This document shows positions 24,634 through 35,907 of a stretch of 42,988 nucleotides of DNA, piece after piece. The DNA lies in IMG/VR virus record IMGVR_UViG_3300045988_130630. One strand, 5' to 3'. This DNA is from a virus. The translations under genes were made by a program, and so were the position numbers. Position 1 is the first letter of the stretch. Each line of letters begins with the position of its first letter. The notes below the pieces were generated by a model. The model was given only the letters and a program-made list of their open reading frames with translations, did not search any database and was not told the origin of the DNA.

Positions 24634-24843
24634 TTAATACATTTCGCTACTGGGTTCAACTGTAAAATACTCAACGTTCTGCAAGTCGAGCTTGCCATAG
24701 AACTTATCATTATACATTGTAGCACCTGTCGCAAGTAAGTCGTTCATCTTACCTGCGATTTCCATGGCGCGCTGTTCCTCGAACGCCTGCTGGAAGAGAT
24801 AGCCCTGACCGCCCTTAGTGTAATAAACAATGCCATAAATCAT
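24634..24843 (-). CDS. hypothetical protein (69 aa)
   Basis: Supplied ORF track. Confidence 0.5.
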   Translation of the reverse strand: MIYGIVYYTKGGQGYLFQQAFEEQRAMEIAGKMNDLLATGATMYNDKFYGKLDLQNVEYFTVEPSSEMY

Positions 24844-24973
24844 TTTTCATTCCCCTTTCCTTTTGTGATTATAGAATACCACATTCTAACTGATTTGTCA
24901 AGACCTTTTTGAGAAAAATCTTCGTTAATTTTTTAACAATCTGCGCCGTAGGAAAGGAAGCATTACTGCTCCC

Positions 24974-25264
24974 TTATTCTGTGTAAAGACTTATCAATTC
25001 ATTTATCTTTTCAATGGCTTCATCAATGTCATCGAGGTAATTGTCTGCTAACATACTTGCATGGCTGGCTTCCTCGTAGGCTTCATACGCGTCGTTGAGT
25101 TCCTGCGTGCCAAACTTACCCAAGCTCTCAAAGGCGTTGACAATGTTCCATGTCTTAGCCATTTCCCCTCGCTTAACCTGGCAGTCATTGAACGCTGGCT
25201 TGCTCTCGTTCATTAAACGTTCCTTTTCAGCTTTGAGGGTGTTGTAAAAATCCTGATTAGTCAT
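24974..25264 (-). CDS. hypothetical protein (96 aa)
   Basis: Supplied ORF track. Confidence 0.5.
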   Translation of the reverse strand: MTNQDFYNTLKAEKERLMNESKPAFNDCQVKRGEMAKTWNIVNAFESLGKFGTQELNDAYEAYEEASHASMLADNYLDDIDEAIEKINELISLYTE

Positions 25265-25394
25265 TTGACTATTCCCCTTTCTTTATTGTATCTACATTGT
25301 AGCACATCATCGCGCATTTGTCAAGAGTTTTTTTACTCTTCTCTGCTTGTTAATTTTTTAACAATCTTCGCCGATCCGCAAGAAAGAGAGAGAC

Positions 25395-25757
25395 TTAGTA
25401 AGCCTCTCTCCATACCTTAATGATTGTATCATCTTCCACAGTATCAGTGTCATTGTCGTTAATCCACAAGAGCAAGAAGTCGTTGTCATCAATGTTAAGT
25501 GCTTCCACGTCCCACAGATTGTCTTGCTCGTCAATGAGCGTCAGGGTATCGCCCTCGCGTGCGTAGACCTCTGCGCCGACGAAACGAATGCTTCCGCGTT
25601 CCGTGCCTGCACCGCACCAATTCTCAATGACCGAGAGGTCGTAGGACTGGGGCGCCTCTTCACAGGCTTCCGCCGTTGTGTGGTCGTGGAATCCGAAGAA
25701 AGACACAGAGAGAATGATAGCAATGGCCATGGTGATGATTTTGGAAACGTTTTTCAT
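25395..25757 (-). CDS. secreted acidic protein with an N-terminal signal peptide (120 aa)
   Basis: Hydrophobic N-terminus KIITMAIAIILSVSFFGF; AAAGAGG ribosome-binding site; promoter at about 25780-25815. Confidence 0.5.
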   Translation of the reverse strand: MKNVSKIITMAIAIILSVSFFGFHDHTTAEACEEAPQSYDLSVIENWCGAGTERGSIRFVGAEVYAREGDTLTLIDEQDNLWDVEALNIDDNDFLLLWINDNDTDTVEDDTIIKVWREAY

Positions 25758-26132
25758 TTTGATTTACCTCTTTCTTTTTGATGATACAAGTATAGCACAT
25801 GACTACTGGATTGTCAATAGTCATTTTGCACAAATGTGATGGCGTAGTTTCGGGTATTTTGACGATTGTGCATTATGACGAAGTTTTGGCGAAAAATTTG
25901 TGCAAACTGCTGATTTTTATAAAACTCGGCTCGCCACTACCGCCAGCGAGCCGAGCAACGTTTACCGGGGTGTTTGTGCGGGATGGCATCTTGCGTTCCG
26001 CAAAAGAGCGAGAGTAAGGCTGGTATACTCTCAGAGAATAAACGAGTTAGAACCTTATGGATGGGGGTGTATTTCGGGAAAAAATTTTTTTTGATTTGTG
26101 TTTTTTCTTTTGCGTGGTCAAAACGCAATCTA

Positions 26133-26243
26133 AATCAATTTTCAATTTCAGATTACGAAGAATAATTTAAATTTACTATAATCAATTTTCAATTTCAGAT
26201 TACGATTTAAAACAACAAATCAATTTTCGATTTCAAATCACGA
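26133..26243. repeat. Three direct repeats of 26 bp AATCAATTTTC(A/G)ATTTCA(G/A)AT(T/C)ACGA, starting at 26133, 26180 and 26218
   Basis: Read directly. Confidence 0.6.
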
Positions 26244-26334
26244 CTTCTTCTTTCTACCTCTTTTAGGTTTTTCACCCCACATAAGAGTGTATAATCCAGA
26301 AGTAGCAGAATACGTAGCTTTTTGCTGATACTTT

Positions 26335-27100
26335 TTAGCAACTGCCTTCAATGGGCTTAGTGGTTTCCGCATTTAATTTTTCCTCCATATATTCGATTAA
26401 TTTATCTTTATATTTACAACTATCAATATATCTATTAATAATATCTGTATCATATTTTTCCATTAGATGCTCTAATACATATTTGTATTTATTCAATTGA
26501 TATTCCCTTTGCTCTTCTTTGGTGCTTAATTGAGCCTTTTCCGCGTCTGATAAAGGTTTATAAGTAATTGTTCTTGACCCATTATCTTTTTGCTCAATAC
26601 GTATTGTTTTAAATAATTTCCAATCTCTTACGAAAGGATCTTTATCTCTGGTAGCATTAAAATATTCTTGTTCCAATCTAAATACTACTGCATCTATCCC
26701 TCTTACTTCAAAAGGCTGGTTCCACCCCATCTTCGATATCCTCCCATTCAAATGTTCCATCATCTAATTCATATACAAATGCTTGTTTATAAAATGATGA
26801 AACAATTCCATCATTTGTAATTCCTTTTGGACTATTTTTTGCATCATGAAAACAATTATAAACAATTAATCCTTGCGTTTCATATCGCGAAAAATCTACT
26901 GCTCTTCCCTCAAAATCATAATTATAAAATATATTTAACAATAGCATACACTCATATTGCGCGATTGGCCATTTATTCAATTCTTTTTGCTAATTTGCCA
27001 TTTTTTGGTATAATACCCAAAAAGCTTTTCTATATAACCATAAAAAAAGGAGTGATGCTACTAACGCACAACTCAATAATATAATAAAAATAGTTTCCAT
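26335..27100 (-). CDS. AT-rich gene pair or fusion. Frame A (26708-27100, N-terminal transmembrane segment, one TAG read-through) and frame B (26335-26763) overlap at a UUU_UGA site, suggesting a possible +1 frameshift fusion of about 255 aa
   Basis: AAAAGGAG ribosome-binding site before the ATG at 27100. Frame A ends ..GCC TTT TGA, and a +1 slip UUU to UUU continues in frame B (GAA GTA AGA GGG..). Frame B has no ribosome-binding site of its own. Confidence 0.4.
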
Positions 27101-27239
27101 AAATACTCCTTTTCTTTTTCTTATAATAATAATAAAATAAAAATAAAGAAATGTCAAGTCGTAGAGTGTGATTGGGCAAAAGTTATTTGTTTTGTTAAAA
27201 AAATTTTTAAATATAAAAAGAAAAAATTTTAAATGAAAC

Positions 27240-27268
27240 TTGACAAAAAAAATTTTTTCGAGTATAAT
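27240..27268 (+). promoter_or_regulatory. sigma70-type promoter (TTGACA, 17-bp spacer, TATAAT) at the head of the plus-strand late/structural operon
   Basis: TTGACA at 27240-27245 and TATAAT at 27263-27268, 24 nt before the GGAGG ribosome-binding site of gene 27293. Confidence 0.55.
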
Positions 27269-27292
27269 ATAAATATAGACTGGAGGTAAAAA

Positions 27293-28348
27293 ATGATAAA
27301 ACTTGATTATTCTTTACAAACTCCAGAAGAAAGAAATCAATTAGTCGAACAAATTTTGGCTGATAATCCAGATCCGCCTGAAAAGTATTTAGAAATTTTA
27401 GCAGACTATTTGGTTCTTTGTATGGAGAAACAAGAAAAAAAGGAGAAAAAATTATTAACTGATAATCGTATGGCTACAGTTAATAAACGTGAGACTTCTT
27501 TTGAAGGTCTTGTTTCCCAACTCGAAAATGGCGAAGATGGAATTTATAATTTAATTACAGATAATAGAAATACAATATTTCAACCACATATTACAATTAC
27601 AAAAAAAGATTTAGAAGAGATACCAAGTTTAAATTAGTTAAGAGAAGCCATTAATGTTTGGGAGGCTAAATTAAAAGTAACAGAAGGCAAAGACGCTTTT
27701 GTTATTAAAAAGGCTCTTATTGAAATGCGTAAAGATTAGTATGTTATGAAAAATGCTTATCGTCGTCCAATAGTGCCTACAAAATTAACCAGATCAAAGT
27801 CTTATATTCCATTAGATGATAAAACATTTATTTTTGATGATGATGGTTTTCCCATTCCTGATGGAATTAGTTTATTAAGACCTGAAATATGTTCTGCGGT
27901 TTTATGTAATTATTCCCGATTAAAGCAAGATAGTTGGGGTGAATATGATAAAGACTTATGGTATTTAATGGAGGATTTTGATAAGCTTTGTGATAAAGCT
28001 TTAGCTAATTATCCTCTTTATGATAGAATCGTTGAATATAAAATTGATGGTTTACAAAATATTGACATTCAAGAGAAAATACAAATGGAATTTGGTATTA
28101 AACATAGCCTTGAATATATTTCAAGTTTATGGCGTAATAAAATTCCAAAATTAATTGCTTCGACTGCGGAAGATGAATATTTAGATAATTATTATTTAAA
28201 TGTTGAAAAAGGTAAATATAAAAAATGTAGTCGTTGTGGTAAAATAAAATTAGCTCATAATAAATATTTTAGTAAAAATAAAACAAGTAAAGATGGCTTT
28301 TATAGTATTTGTAAAAGTTGTCGAAATTCTAAGGCCAAAAAATCTTAA
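27293..28348 (+). CDS. TAG-recoded protein (351 aa, 2 TAGs) with a C-terminal CxxC..CxxC motif
   Basis: Track ORFs 27293-27637 and 27746-28348 are in the same frame and are joined by two TAG codons with no other stop. Confidence 0.55.
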
Positions 28349-28397
28349 TATTGTCCTTTTGTTTATAATAAATAATTGAAAGGAGAATATTTTATTT

Positions 28398-29585
28398 ATG
28401 GCTGAAACATATTATTGCGAAAAATGTAATCGCACAATGAATGGCACGGAATTTTATTCATCTAATAATTTAGAAAAATATCCTAATGATGGTAAATTCC
28501 CTATGTGCAAAAAATGTATGACAATGCACGTCGATAACTGGAATCCAGATACTTATTTATGGATTTTACAAGAGGCGGATGTTCCTTATGTTCCAGATGA
28601 ATGGAATAAATTAATGGAAAAATATGGACGCGATCCACAGTCTATGACCGGTATGACGATTCTTGGACGTTATTTGTCAAAAATGAAACTCAAATAGTTT
28701 AAAGATTATCGTTGGAAAGATACAGAATTTTTACAATAGATGGCAAATAATAAATTAGAGCAAACTATGAAACGTCAAGGGTATGATGCTCAATAGATTG
28801 CAACCGCTATTGAAAAAAGTTCTATTGCTATTCCAGAAGGAGAATTAAAAGAGCCGGTTTATGCTCCACCGCCTGATGCCCCTACGGAAGATTATTTCGC
28901 ACAATAGAGTGGTGAAGTGGAACAAGAATTAGATTTAACTGATGAAGACCGCACTTATTTAAGACTTAAATGGGGCAAAACTTATAAACCTGAAGAATGG
29001 GTTAAGCTTGAATAGTTGTATGAAGAAATGATGGCTTCTTATGATATTCAAGGTGCCGGACATAAAGATACGCTAAAACTAATATGTAAGACATCTTTAA
29101 AGGCAAATCAATTGATCGATATTGGTGATATTGAAGGTTTCCAAAAGATGAGCAAAGTATATGATAGCTTAATGAAGTCTGGTAAATTTACTGCTGCCCA
29201 AAATAAAGCAGAGTCAGGCGAATTTGTTGATTCAATTGGCGAATTAATTGAATTATGTGAAAAAGAAGGATATATTGAAAGATATTATGTTGAATAGCCA
29301 CATGATAAAGTGGACTTGACTATTCAAGATATGCAACGTTATACTCGCACTCTTATTGAAGATGAAACTAATATCAGCACAATGGTAGAAAAAGCTTTAC
29401 GCGAAAATGCTAAAGAAGATGAAGAGAAAGCAAAGAACGCGGAAAGCGATATTGTTGATGATGCTGATTTAAGTATTGAAGAACTTGAAAAAACTATTAA
29501 AGATAGTGATTACGCAGATTTTGAGGAATTTAAAGAATAGGAATCTGCGCAAGATAATGAGTTCTTATAGGGTTTAGATAAATAA
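28398..29585 (+). CDS. TAG-recoded protein (395 aa, 8 TAGs), N-terminal Zn ribbon; possibly the terminase small subunit by position
   Basis: Track ORFs 28398, 29016 and 29310 are in the same frame, joined only by TAGs, and terminate at the TAA at 29583. Its stop overlaps the terminase start (TAATG). Confidence 0.5.
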
Positions 29586-31324
29586 TGGCATTACAAGATT
29601 TACTGTAGTTAAGTGATAGCCGTAGAAAAATAGGTCTATCACCGGAGCGAGTAGAAGCGGTAATGCCCACTATCCGTAAATACGTTGCCTTTTGGAGAGA
29701 ATATCCTGATTTATTTGTAGATTTTATGGTGCGAGGAAGACGCACTGAAATAAAAGATGGAGAATTTAATTTTTATTTTTATTAGAGAGTATTTCTCCGT
29801 TCTGTTATGCGTTATTAGTATGTTTATGCGGTTTTTCCTCGTGCTTATTCTAAATCATTTTTGTCTGTTATGGCATTGATGATTAGATGTATTTTATACC
29901 CTGGCGCACATTTGTTCGTTACTTCTGGAGGTAAAGAGCAAGGTGCTAGTATTCTTCATGATAAAGTTCAAGAAATATGTGAACTTATTCCCAGCTTTAA
30001 TCGAGAAATTGATTGGAGTCGAGGAAAAACTCTTGAAGGAAAAGATAAAGTTAGATATGTATTTAAAAATGGTTCAGTTTTGGATAACCTTGCAGCGCGT
30101 GAAAGCACTCGTGGTCAACGTCGTCATGGTGGATTAATGGAAGAATGTGTTGGTATTGATGATGCCATTCTTCGTGAAGTTATTATTCCTGTTATGGCAA
30201 TTTCCCGTAGAGCTAAAGATGGCACTACTAATGAACAAGAGCCATTAAATAAATCACAAATTTATATTACTACTGCTGGTTATAAGGGCACATTCCCTTA
30301 TGATAGACTTATTGGTTTCTTAGTTCGTATGGTAACTTAGCCCGATCGTTGTATGGTATTAGGCGGAACATGGCGAACTCCTGTTGCAGTAGGATTACAA
30401 AGTAAAACATTTATTACTGACCAAAAGAATGAAGGAACTTATAATGAGGCTTCATTCGAACGTGAATACGAATCTAAGTGGTCAGGAACTGTTGAGGATG
30501 CTTTCTTTAATGGAGAGCATTTTGATAGAAATAGAAAACTATTATAGCCTGAATACGAAGCTTCTGGACGTGCGGGCGCGCAAGCTTATTATGTGCTTTC
30601 TGTAGATGTAGGTCGTAAAGGATGCGATTCAGTAGTTTGTGTATTTAAAGTAACACCACAAGCCCAAGGTCCAGCTATTAAATCTTTAGTAAATATGTAT
30701 ACTATGTCAGATGATCATTTTGAAGATCAGGCTATTAAATTAAAGAAATTATTTTATAAATATAAAGCTAAAACTTTGGTTATAGATGGTAATGGTTTAG
30801 GTATTGGACTTTTGGATTATATGGTAAAATCTCAAAATGATGAAGATGGTGAATTTTTACCTGATTTTGGTGTTGAGAATGATGATGATGGATATTATAA
30901 AAAATATCGCACACCAAATACTCAATTTGATGCTATGTATGTTATTAAAGCAAATGCTCCAATAAATACTGAATGTCATGCTAATGCTCAGACTCAATTA
31001 CAAGCGGGTAAGGTAAAATTCTTAATAGATGAGAGAACAGCTAAAGAAAAATTATTAGCTACTCAAAAAGGTTCAAAAATGACTCCTGAACAAAGGGCAG
31101 ATTATTTAAAACCATTTACTTTAACCTCCATATTAAAAGAAGAAATGATGAATTTACGCGAAGAAAATGAAGGTATTAATATTATTTTAAAATAGGCAAA
31201 TCGCGGAATTCGTAAAGATAAATTTTCGGCTTTCGAATATGGATTATATTATTTAAAACTTGAAGAAGATAAAAAGAAAAAACGTAAAAAGTTTAATGCG
31301 GCTGATTGGTGCTTTTTAAATTAA
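29585..31324 (+). CDS. terL: Terminase large subunit (579 aa, 5 in-frame TAGs)
   Basis: Track ORFs 29861, 30353 and 30593 are in frame. The ATPase region contains HLFVTSGGKEQGAS. The nuclease region LSVDVGRKGCDSVVCVFKV...LVIDGNGLGIGL has the RNase-H-like D..G..D and DxxG motifs typical of TerL. Confidence 0.65.
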
Positions 31325-31336
31325 GGAGGGTGGAAA

Positions 31337-31693
31337 GTGCGTGCTTCAAGAGGAGAAATTAAAATTGAAGAAATCTTAGAAGAAGCAGGACTACCTTTTA
31401 AAATGGAATACATCTTTCCAGATTTAAAAAGCCCAAGCGGGCGTCCGCTTCGTTTTGATTTTGTTATATTTGATGATGATGGAAAAATTGATTTCATTAT
31501 TGAGTATTAGGGAAAATAGCATTATGAAGCCAGTTCTAAATTTGGCGGAAAGCGCGGTTTATACCAGTAGCAATATAATGATAATCAAAAAAGACGTTTT
31601 TGCGCTTTACATGATTTTAGATTAATAGAGATTCCATATACCGACGAAAACCTTATTTCTTATGATTATATAATGAAATTAGCAGGTTATTAA
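31337..31693 (+). CDS. TAG-recoded small Vsr/DUF559-like (PD-(D/E)XK) endonuclease, putative free-standing homing endonuclease between terminase and portal (118 aa, 3 TAGs)
   Basis: AAGGAGGG ribosome-binding site then GTG. Contains ..RPLRFDFVIFDDDGKIDFIIEY(TAG)GK(TAG)HY.., i.e. the IEYDGxQH motif with the conserved Gln encoded by TAG. Confidence 0.55.
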
Positions 31694-31706
31694 AGGAGGT
31701 GGAACT

Positions 31707-33356
31707 TTGGATACGCAAGATCGTAATGAATAGATTCATGCTAAAGGTTTTGATATTTATAATGGTCGTTATGAATATAATTACAATGATACTATGGATT
31801 ATGCTAATAGAAAAATAAAAGTTGGCACAAAAACTTTAGATGATGCTATTTTAAAACTTGGTGATTATAGTAAGATTAGATACCCAGGTCAAAATCGTAT
31901 TATCACGAAACCTGATGTGCTTCGCGCGCTCGCAGAAAGAGATCTAAATGCTTTGCGATACATTTCTAATTTTTATTATGATATAAGTGGTGTATATCAA
32001 CGAGTTTGTAATTATGTTGCTTTTTTATATCGTTATGATTGGTATATTGCAGCCGAAACTTATGATGACAATGTAAAAGAAGAAAAAGTTTTAAAAGATT
32101 TTTATAAAATGTTGAATTATTTTGATAATAGCTATATTAAAAAGGTTTGCGGAGATATTGCTTTACAAGTTGTTAAAAATGGATGCTATTATGGATATAT
32201 AGTTCCTTCTGAGAAAAATCTAATTTTACAAGAATTACCAGTTAGATATTGTAGAACACGTTATAGTGTAAATAATACCCCAGTTGTTGAATTTGATATG
32301 CGATTTTTTGATACTTTTAGAGATATGAATTATCGTTTAAAAGTATTAAAATTATTCCCAGAAGAATTTGCTAAAGGTTATGTTCTATATAAACAAGGAA
32401 AGCTTGCTTTAGAAGAGGCAGTTGGATGCTAGCATACTGGTAGTTGGTATGTTCTTGAACCAGAAAATTGTGTTAAATTTAATATTAATAATAGTGATGT
32501 TCCTATTTTTGTAAATTCGATTCCTACTATTATGGATTTAGATGCAGCGCAAGATCTTGATCGCAAGAAACAAATGTAGAAGTTACTTAAAATTTTAGTC
32601 CAAAAGCTCCCAATGGATAAAAATGGTGATTTGATATTTGATGTTGATGAAGCCAGAGATATTCATAATAATGCCGTTTAGATGTTATAGAGGGCTATTG
32701 GAGTAGATGTTTTAACTACATTTACTGATGTAGATTCTATTGATATGTCTGATAAAAATACTACTACAACGACAGATGATTTAGCTAAAGTTGAACGTAG
32801 TGTTTATAATTCATTAGGTATTTCATAGAATTTATTTAATACTGATGGCAATATGGCTTTAGAAAAATCAGTATTAAATGATGAATCTACAATAAGAAGT
32901 TTAATTTTATAGTTTAATATATTCTTTAATAGAATTATTGAAAAAAAGAGTAGTAATAAGAAATATAATTTTAGATTTTATTTATTAGAAACTACTTAGA
33001 ATAATTATCAAACACTTTCTAAAATGTATAAAGAACAAGCACAAATGGGACAATCAAAACTATTGTCTTAGATTGCTCTTGGACATTCGTAGAGTTTTAT
33101 TCTTAATGCAGCTCATTTTGAAAATGAGATTTTACATTTAAGTGAAATTATGATTCCTCCTCTTATGAGTTCTACTATGGGTAGTGAAGATATTTTGGGT
33201 TTAAAAGGTTCATCATCTAATAATAAAACTCAAAATAATTCAGGAAGTTCAGGTTCTGGAACTGCTAAAGCTTCTAATGGCGAGGCAGGACGTCCAGAAA
33301 AACCTGATGACTAGAAAAGTGAAAAAACTATTCAAAATAAAGAAGCAATGAAATAA
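31707..33356 (+). CDS. Portal protein (about 549 aa, about 9 in-frame TAGs)
   Basis: AAAGGAGG ribosome-binding site then TTG at 31707, in frame with track ORF 31794-32432 and open to the TAA at 33354. Its size and position immediately after terminase support the call. Confidence 0.5.
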
Positions 33357-33365
33357 GGAGGATTT

Positions 33366-34946
33366 ATGAAACATACAAGTATTAAATTAAATACACCTTG
33401 TGAGTTTATAAATATAACTCCTGTAAATCCTTTAATTTCTAAATGCCAAATTAAGGTTTGTTATGTAGATGATAAACCTAATCGTAACAAAAGCGTAATT
33501 ACTAAAGATGTAGCGACTGAGATGGCTAATAGCCTTCCTGGTAGTCCTATTGTTGGCTTTTTTAATGAGAATGCTGAAGATTTTGAAGAACATAATAGGA
33601 TAATTGAATTATCTAACGGCGAATTTAGAATGAGAGATAATACTCGCCCTTATGGTTTTGTTGATCTTGGAGCTAAAGTTTGGTTTTAGAAATTTTTGGA
33701 TGATGGTGTTGCCGAACGTGAGTATTTAATGACTGAAGGTTATTTGTGGACTGGTTAGTATCCTGAATGTAAACGTGTGGTTGATAAAGGGAATAATCAT
33801 TCTATGGAGCTTGATGAAAAAACATTAAATGCTACGTGGGCAAAAGATAGCAATGGAAAACCTTAGTTTTTTATTATAAATAAGGCAATTATTTCTAAAC
33901 TTTGTATTTTGGGAGAAGAAAATGAACCTTGTTTCGAAGGCTCCCAAATCAATGTGAATTTTTCATTCGATGATGGTTTTAAGAACACTTTGTTCTCCAT
34001 GATGAATGAACTTAAAGAATTTATGAAAGAAGGAGGAGCCAAAGTGTTTACACAATACGCTGTTAATATTGGCGACAATTTGTGGAATTCTCTTTATTCT
34101 TATATTGAGAATAAGTATCCTGTCGAACCAAAGAATTATTGTTCTATTTATCGCATTGAAGGTGTCTGCGAAGATGGTGAACAAAAGTTTGCTGTTTTGA
34201 AGAATAAGCAGGATGAAAAATACTATCGTATGGATTTTTCTCTTGACGCAGAGAATTTCGTTCCTTCTGATACTTTGATTGAAGTAACTGATTATGCTCC
34301 TGCGGCTGAGCCTCAGTTTGCTCTTAATGCTGTAGAAGAATTTGAAAATGAGTATGCTTCAAAAAAGAAAGCAGAAGAGGACAAAAATAATAAATCAAAT
34401 AATCCTGACGGTGAAAATAAATCAGAGGGCAATGATAATAAAAAGAACCCTGATAATGGAGAGCCCTCTAATAAGTCTGATAAAGGCAACAACGGTGAGA
34501 ATGATGACGATGATAAAAAGAAAAAGAAAAATTATTCTCTTGAAGATGTTGTTGAATATACTGAACTTAAAGCTCAGTATGATGAATTATAGACTAAATT
34601 TGCAGCTCTTGAAACTGAAAATAATAGCTTGAAAGAGCAAATTGCTCCACTTGCTGAATTTAAAAATGCTGCTGAGAAGAAAGATAAAGAAGATATGATT
34701 GCTAAATTCTATATGCTTTCTGATGAAGATAAGGCTGATGTTGTTGAAAATATTGATAAATATTCTCTTGATGATATTGAAGCTAAATTATCTGTTATTT
34801 GTGTTCGCAACAAGGTGAGTTTCGACCTTGACGAAAATAATAAGCCCAATGGTGCTACTACTTTTAATTTGAACAATAATGGTTCAGAAGATGATGATAT
34901 GCCCGCTTGGGTGAAGGCGGCTTTTGCTACCGCCAACAAAAATTAA
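33366..34946 (+). CDS. TAG-recoded head-morphogenesis protein (526 aa, 4 TAGs) with an acidic, low-complexity, coiled-coil C-terminal half; putative scaffold or prohead protein
   Basis: Track ORFs 33366, 33909 and 34629 are in frame. It contains a KKKAEEDKNNKSNNPDGENKSEGNDNKKN stretch and ETENNSLKEQI heptads. Confidence 0.45.
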
Positions 34947-34963
34947 TAAGGAGGACATACTAA

Positions 34964-35890
34964 ATGTTTAAAGACTTTTTGAATAGTCATTTAGGTATCA
35001 AGGGTATCCCTAAGTCTCAGGCAAAGTATGTTGAGTTTGGTTACGGTCAGGTCGAGCCTAATCACCTTTCCGCGCAAAGAAATGCTCAAATCTATGCTCA
35101 ACTTCCTGCCAATAAAGAGATTGAGATTCTTGAAAACGGTCAGTTTGTAAAGTATGACTATGCTGCTAATGGTAACGGTATCGGCGAAGTCAACTTTACT
35201 GGCGAAGGTGAATGGATGCTCGTTTATAATGAGATTAAGCTTTATCGTGATCATCCAGATGGAACCAAGCAGTGGGATTGCGAATTTGCTATGATTAAAG
35301 ATGACTATCAGGCTCGTGTTTATAGCCCTTATGATTGGGAGCATACCGAGGTTGAATATGGTGGTCGTTTCTGGAATGGTGTTGATGAAAAGGGTCAAAC
35401 TTATAAGTTAATCGAGCAGACTGTTTCCGCTGATCAGGGCTTAAAGACTGTTACTATTGCTGGTCGTGTTTATGACGTTGTTGATAATAAGTTTACTTAT
35501 GATGGTAATGAATATACTCTTGATAGTAATCATCAGGTTGCTAAAGTTCCTGTAAAGTATTACTATGATAAGGTTCTTACTGATGTCCCTGACATGTATG
35601 AAATGAATTGGACTAATAATCCATATCATAAGTTAGGCATCTATCATGAGAAGTTCATGGAATCTGGCACTTCTATGGTTCCTCGTGTATTTAAGACCAT
35701 GATTGGTGATCTTTATACTACTAATATGATTAATGAAGATACTCTTGTTGTTGGAGATAAGCTTTCTCCTTCTGCTGATACAAAGGGTATTCTTAGCAAA
35801 ACTGGCGACGATTCAATGACCTGGCAGGTTGTTAAAGTTTATACTATGCCTGATGGTCAAAAGGGCGTTAAGGTAATGCGTATTAAGTAA
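34964..35890 (+). CDS. structural protein (308 aa, no TAG), capsid-associated
   Basis: Supplied ORF track; AAGGAGG ribosome-binding site; no TAG codon; lies between the scaffold-like and capsid-like genes. Confidence 0.5.
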   Translation: MFKDFLNSHLGIKGIPKSQAKYVEFGYGQVEPNHLSAQRNAQIYAQLPANKEIEILENGQFVKYDYAANGNGIGEVNFTGEGEWMLVYNEIKLYRDHPDGTKQWDCEFAMIKDDYQARVYSPYDWEHTEVEYGGRFWNGVDEKGQTYKLIEQTVSADQGLKTVTIAGRVYDVVDNKFTYDGNEYTLDSNHQVAKVPVKYYYDKVLTDVPDMYEMNWTNNPYHKLGIYHEKFMESGTSMVPRVFKTMIGDLYTTNMINEDTLVVGDKLSPSADTKGILSKTGDDSMTWQVVKVYTMPDGQKGVKVMRIK

Positions 35891-35907
35891 GAAAGGAGAA
35901 AAGGATA

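Noticed and set aside
26133-26243. CRISPR array as an explanation for the three 26-bp direct repeats.
   Set aside because: There are only three repeats, with unequal and very short spacers (about 21 and 12 bp); there is no leader or cas context. They are more consistent with iterons or binding sites.
26708-26763. TGA to Trp recoding as the explanation for the overlapping frames at 26708-26763.
   Set aside because: Reading TGA as a sense codon in frame A hits TAG and TAA within 12 codons and does not connect to frame B. All other recoded genes here terminate normally at TGA or TAA.
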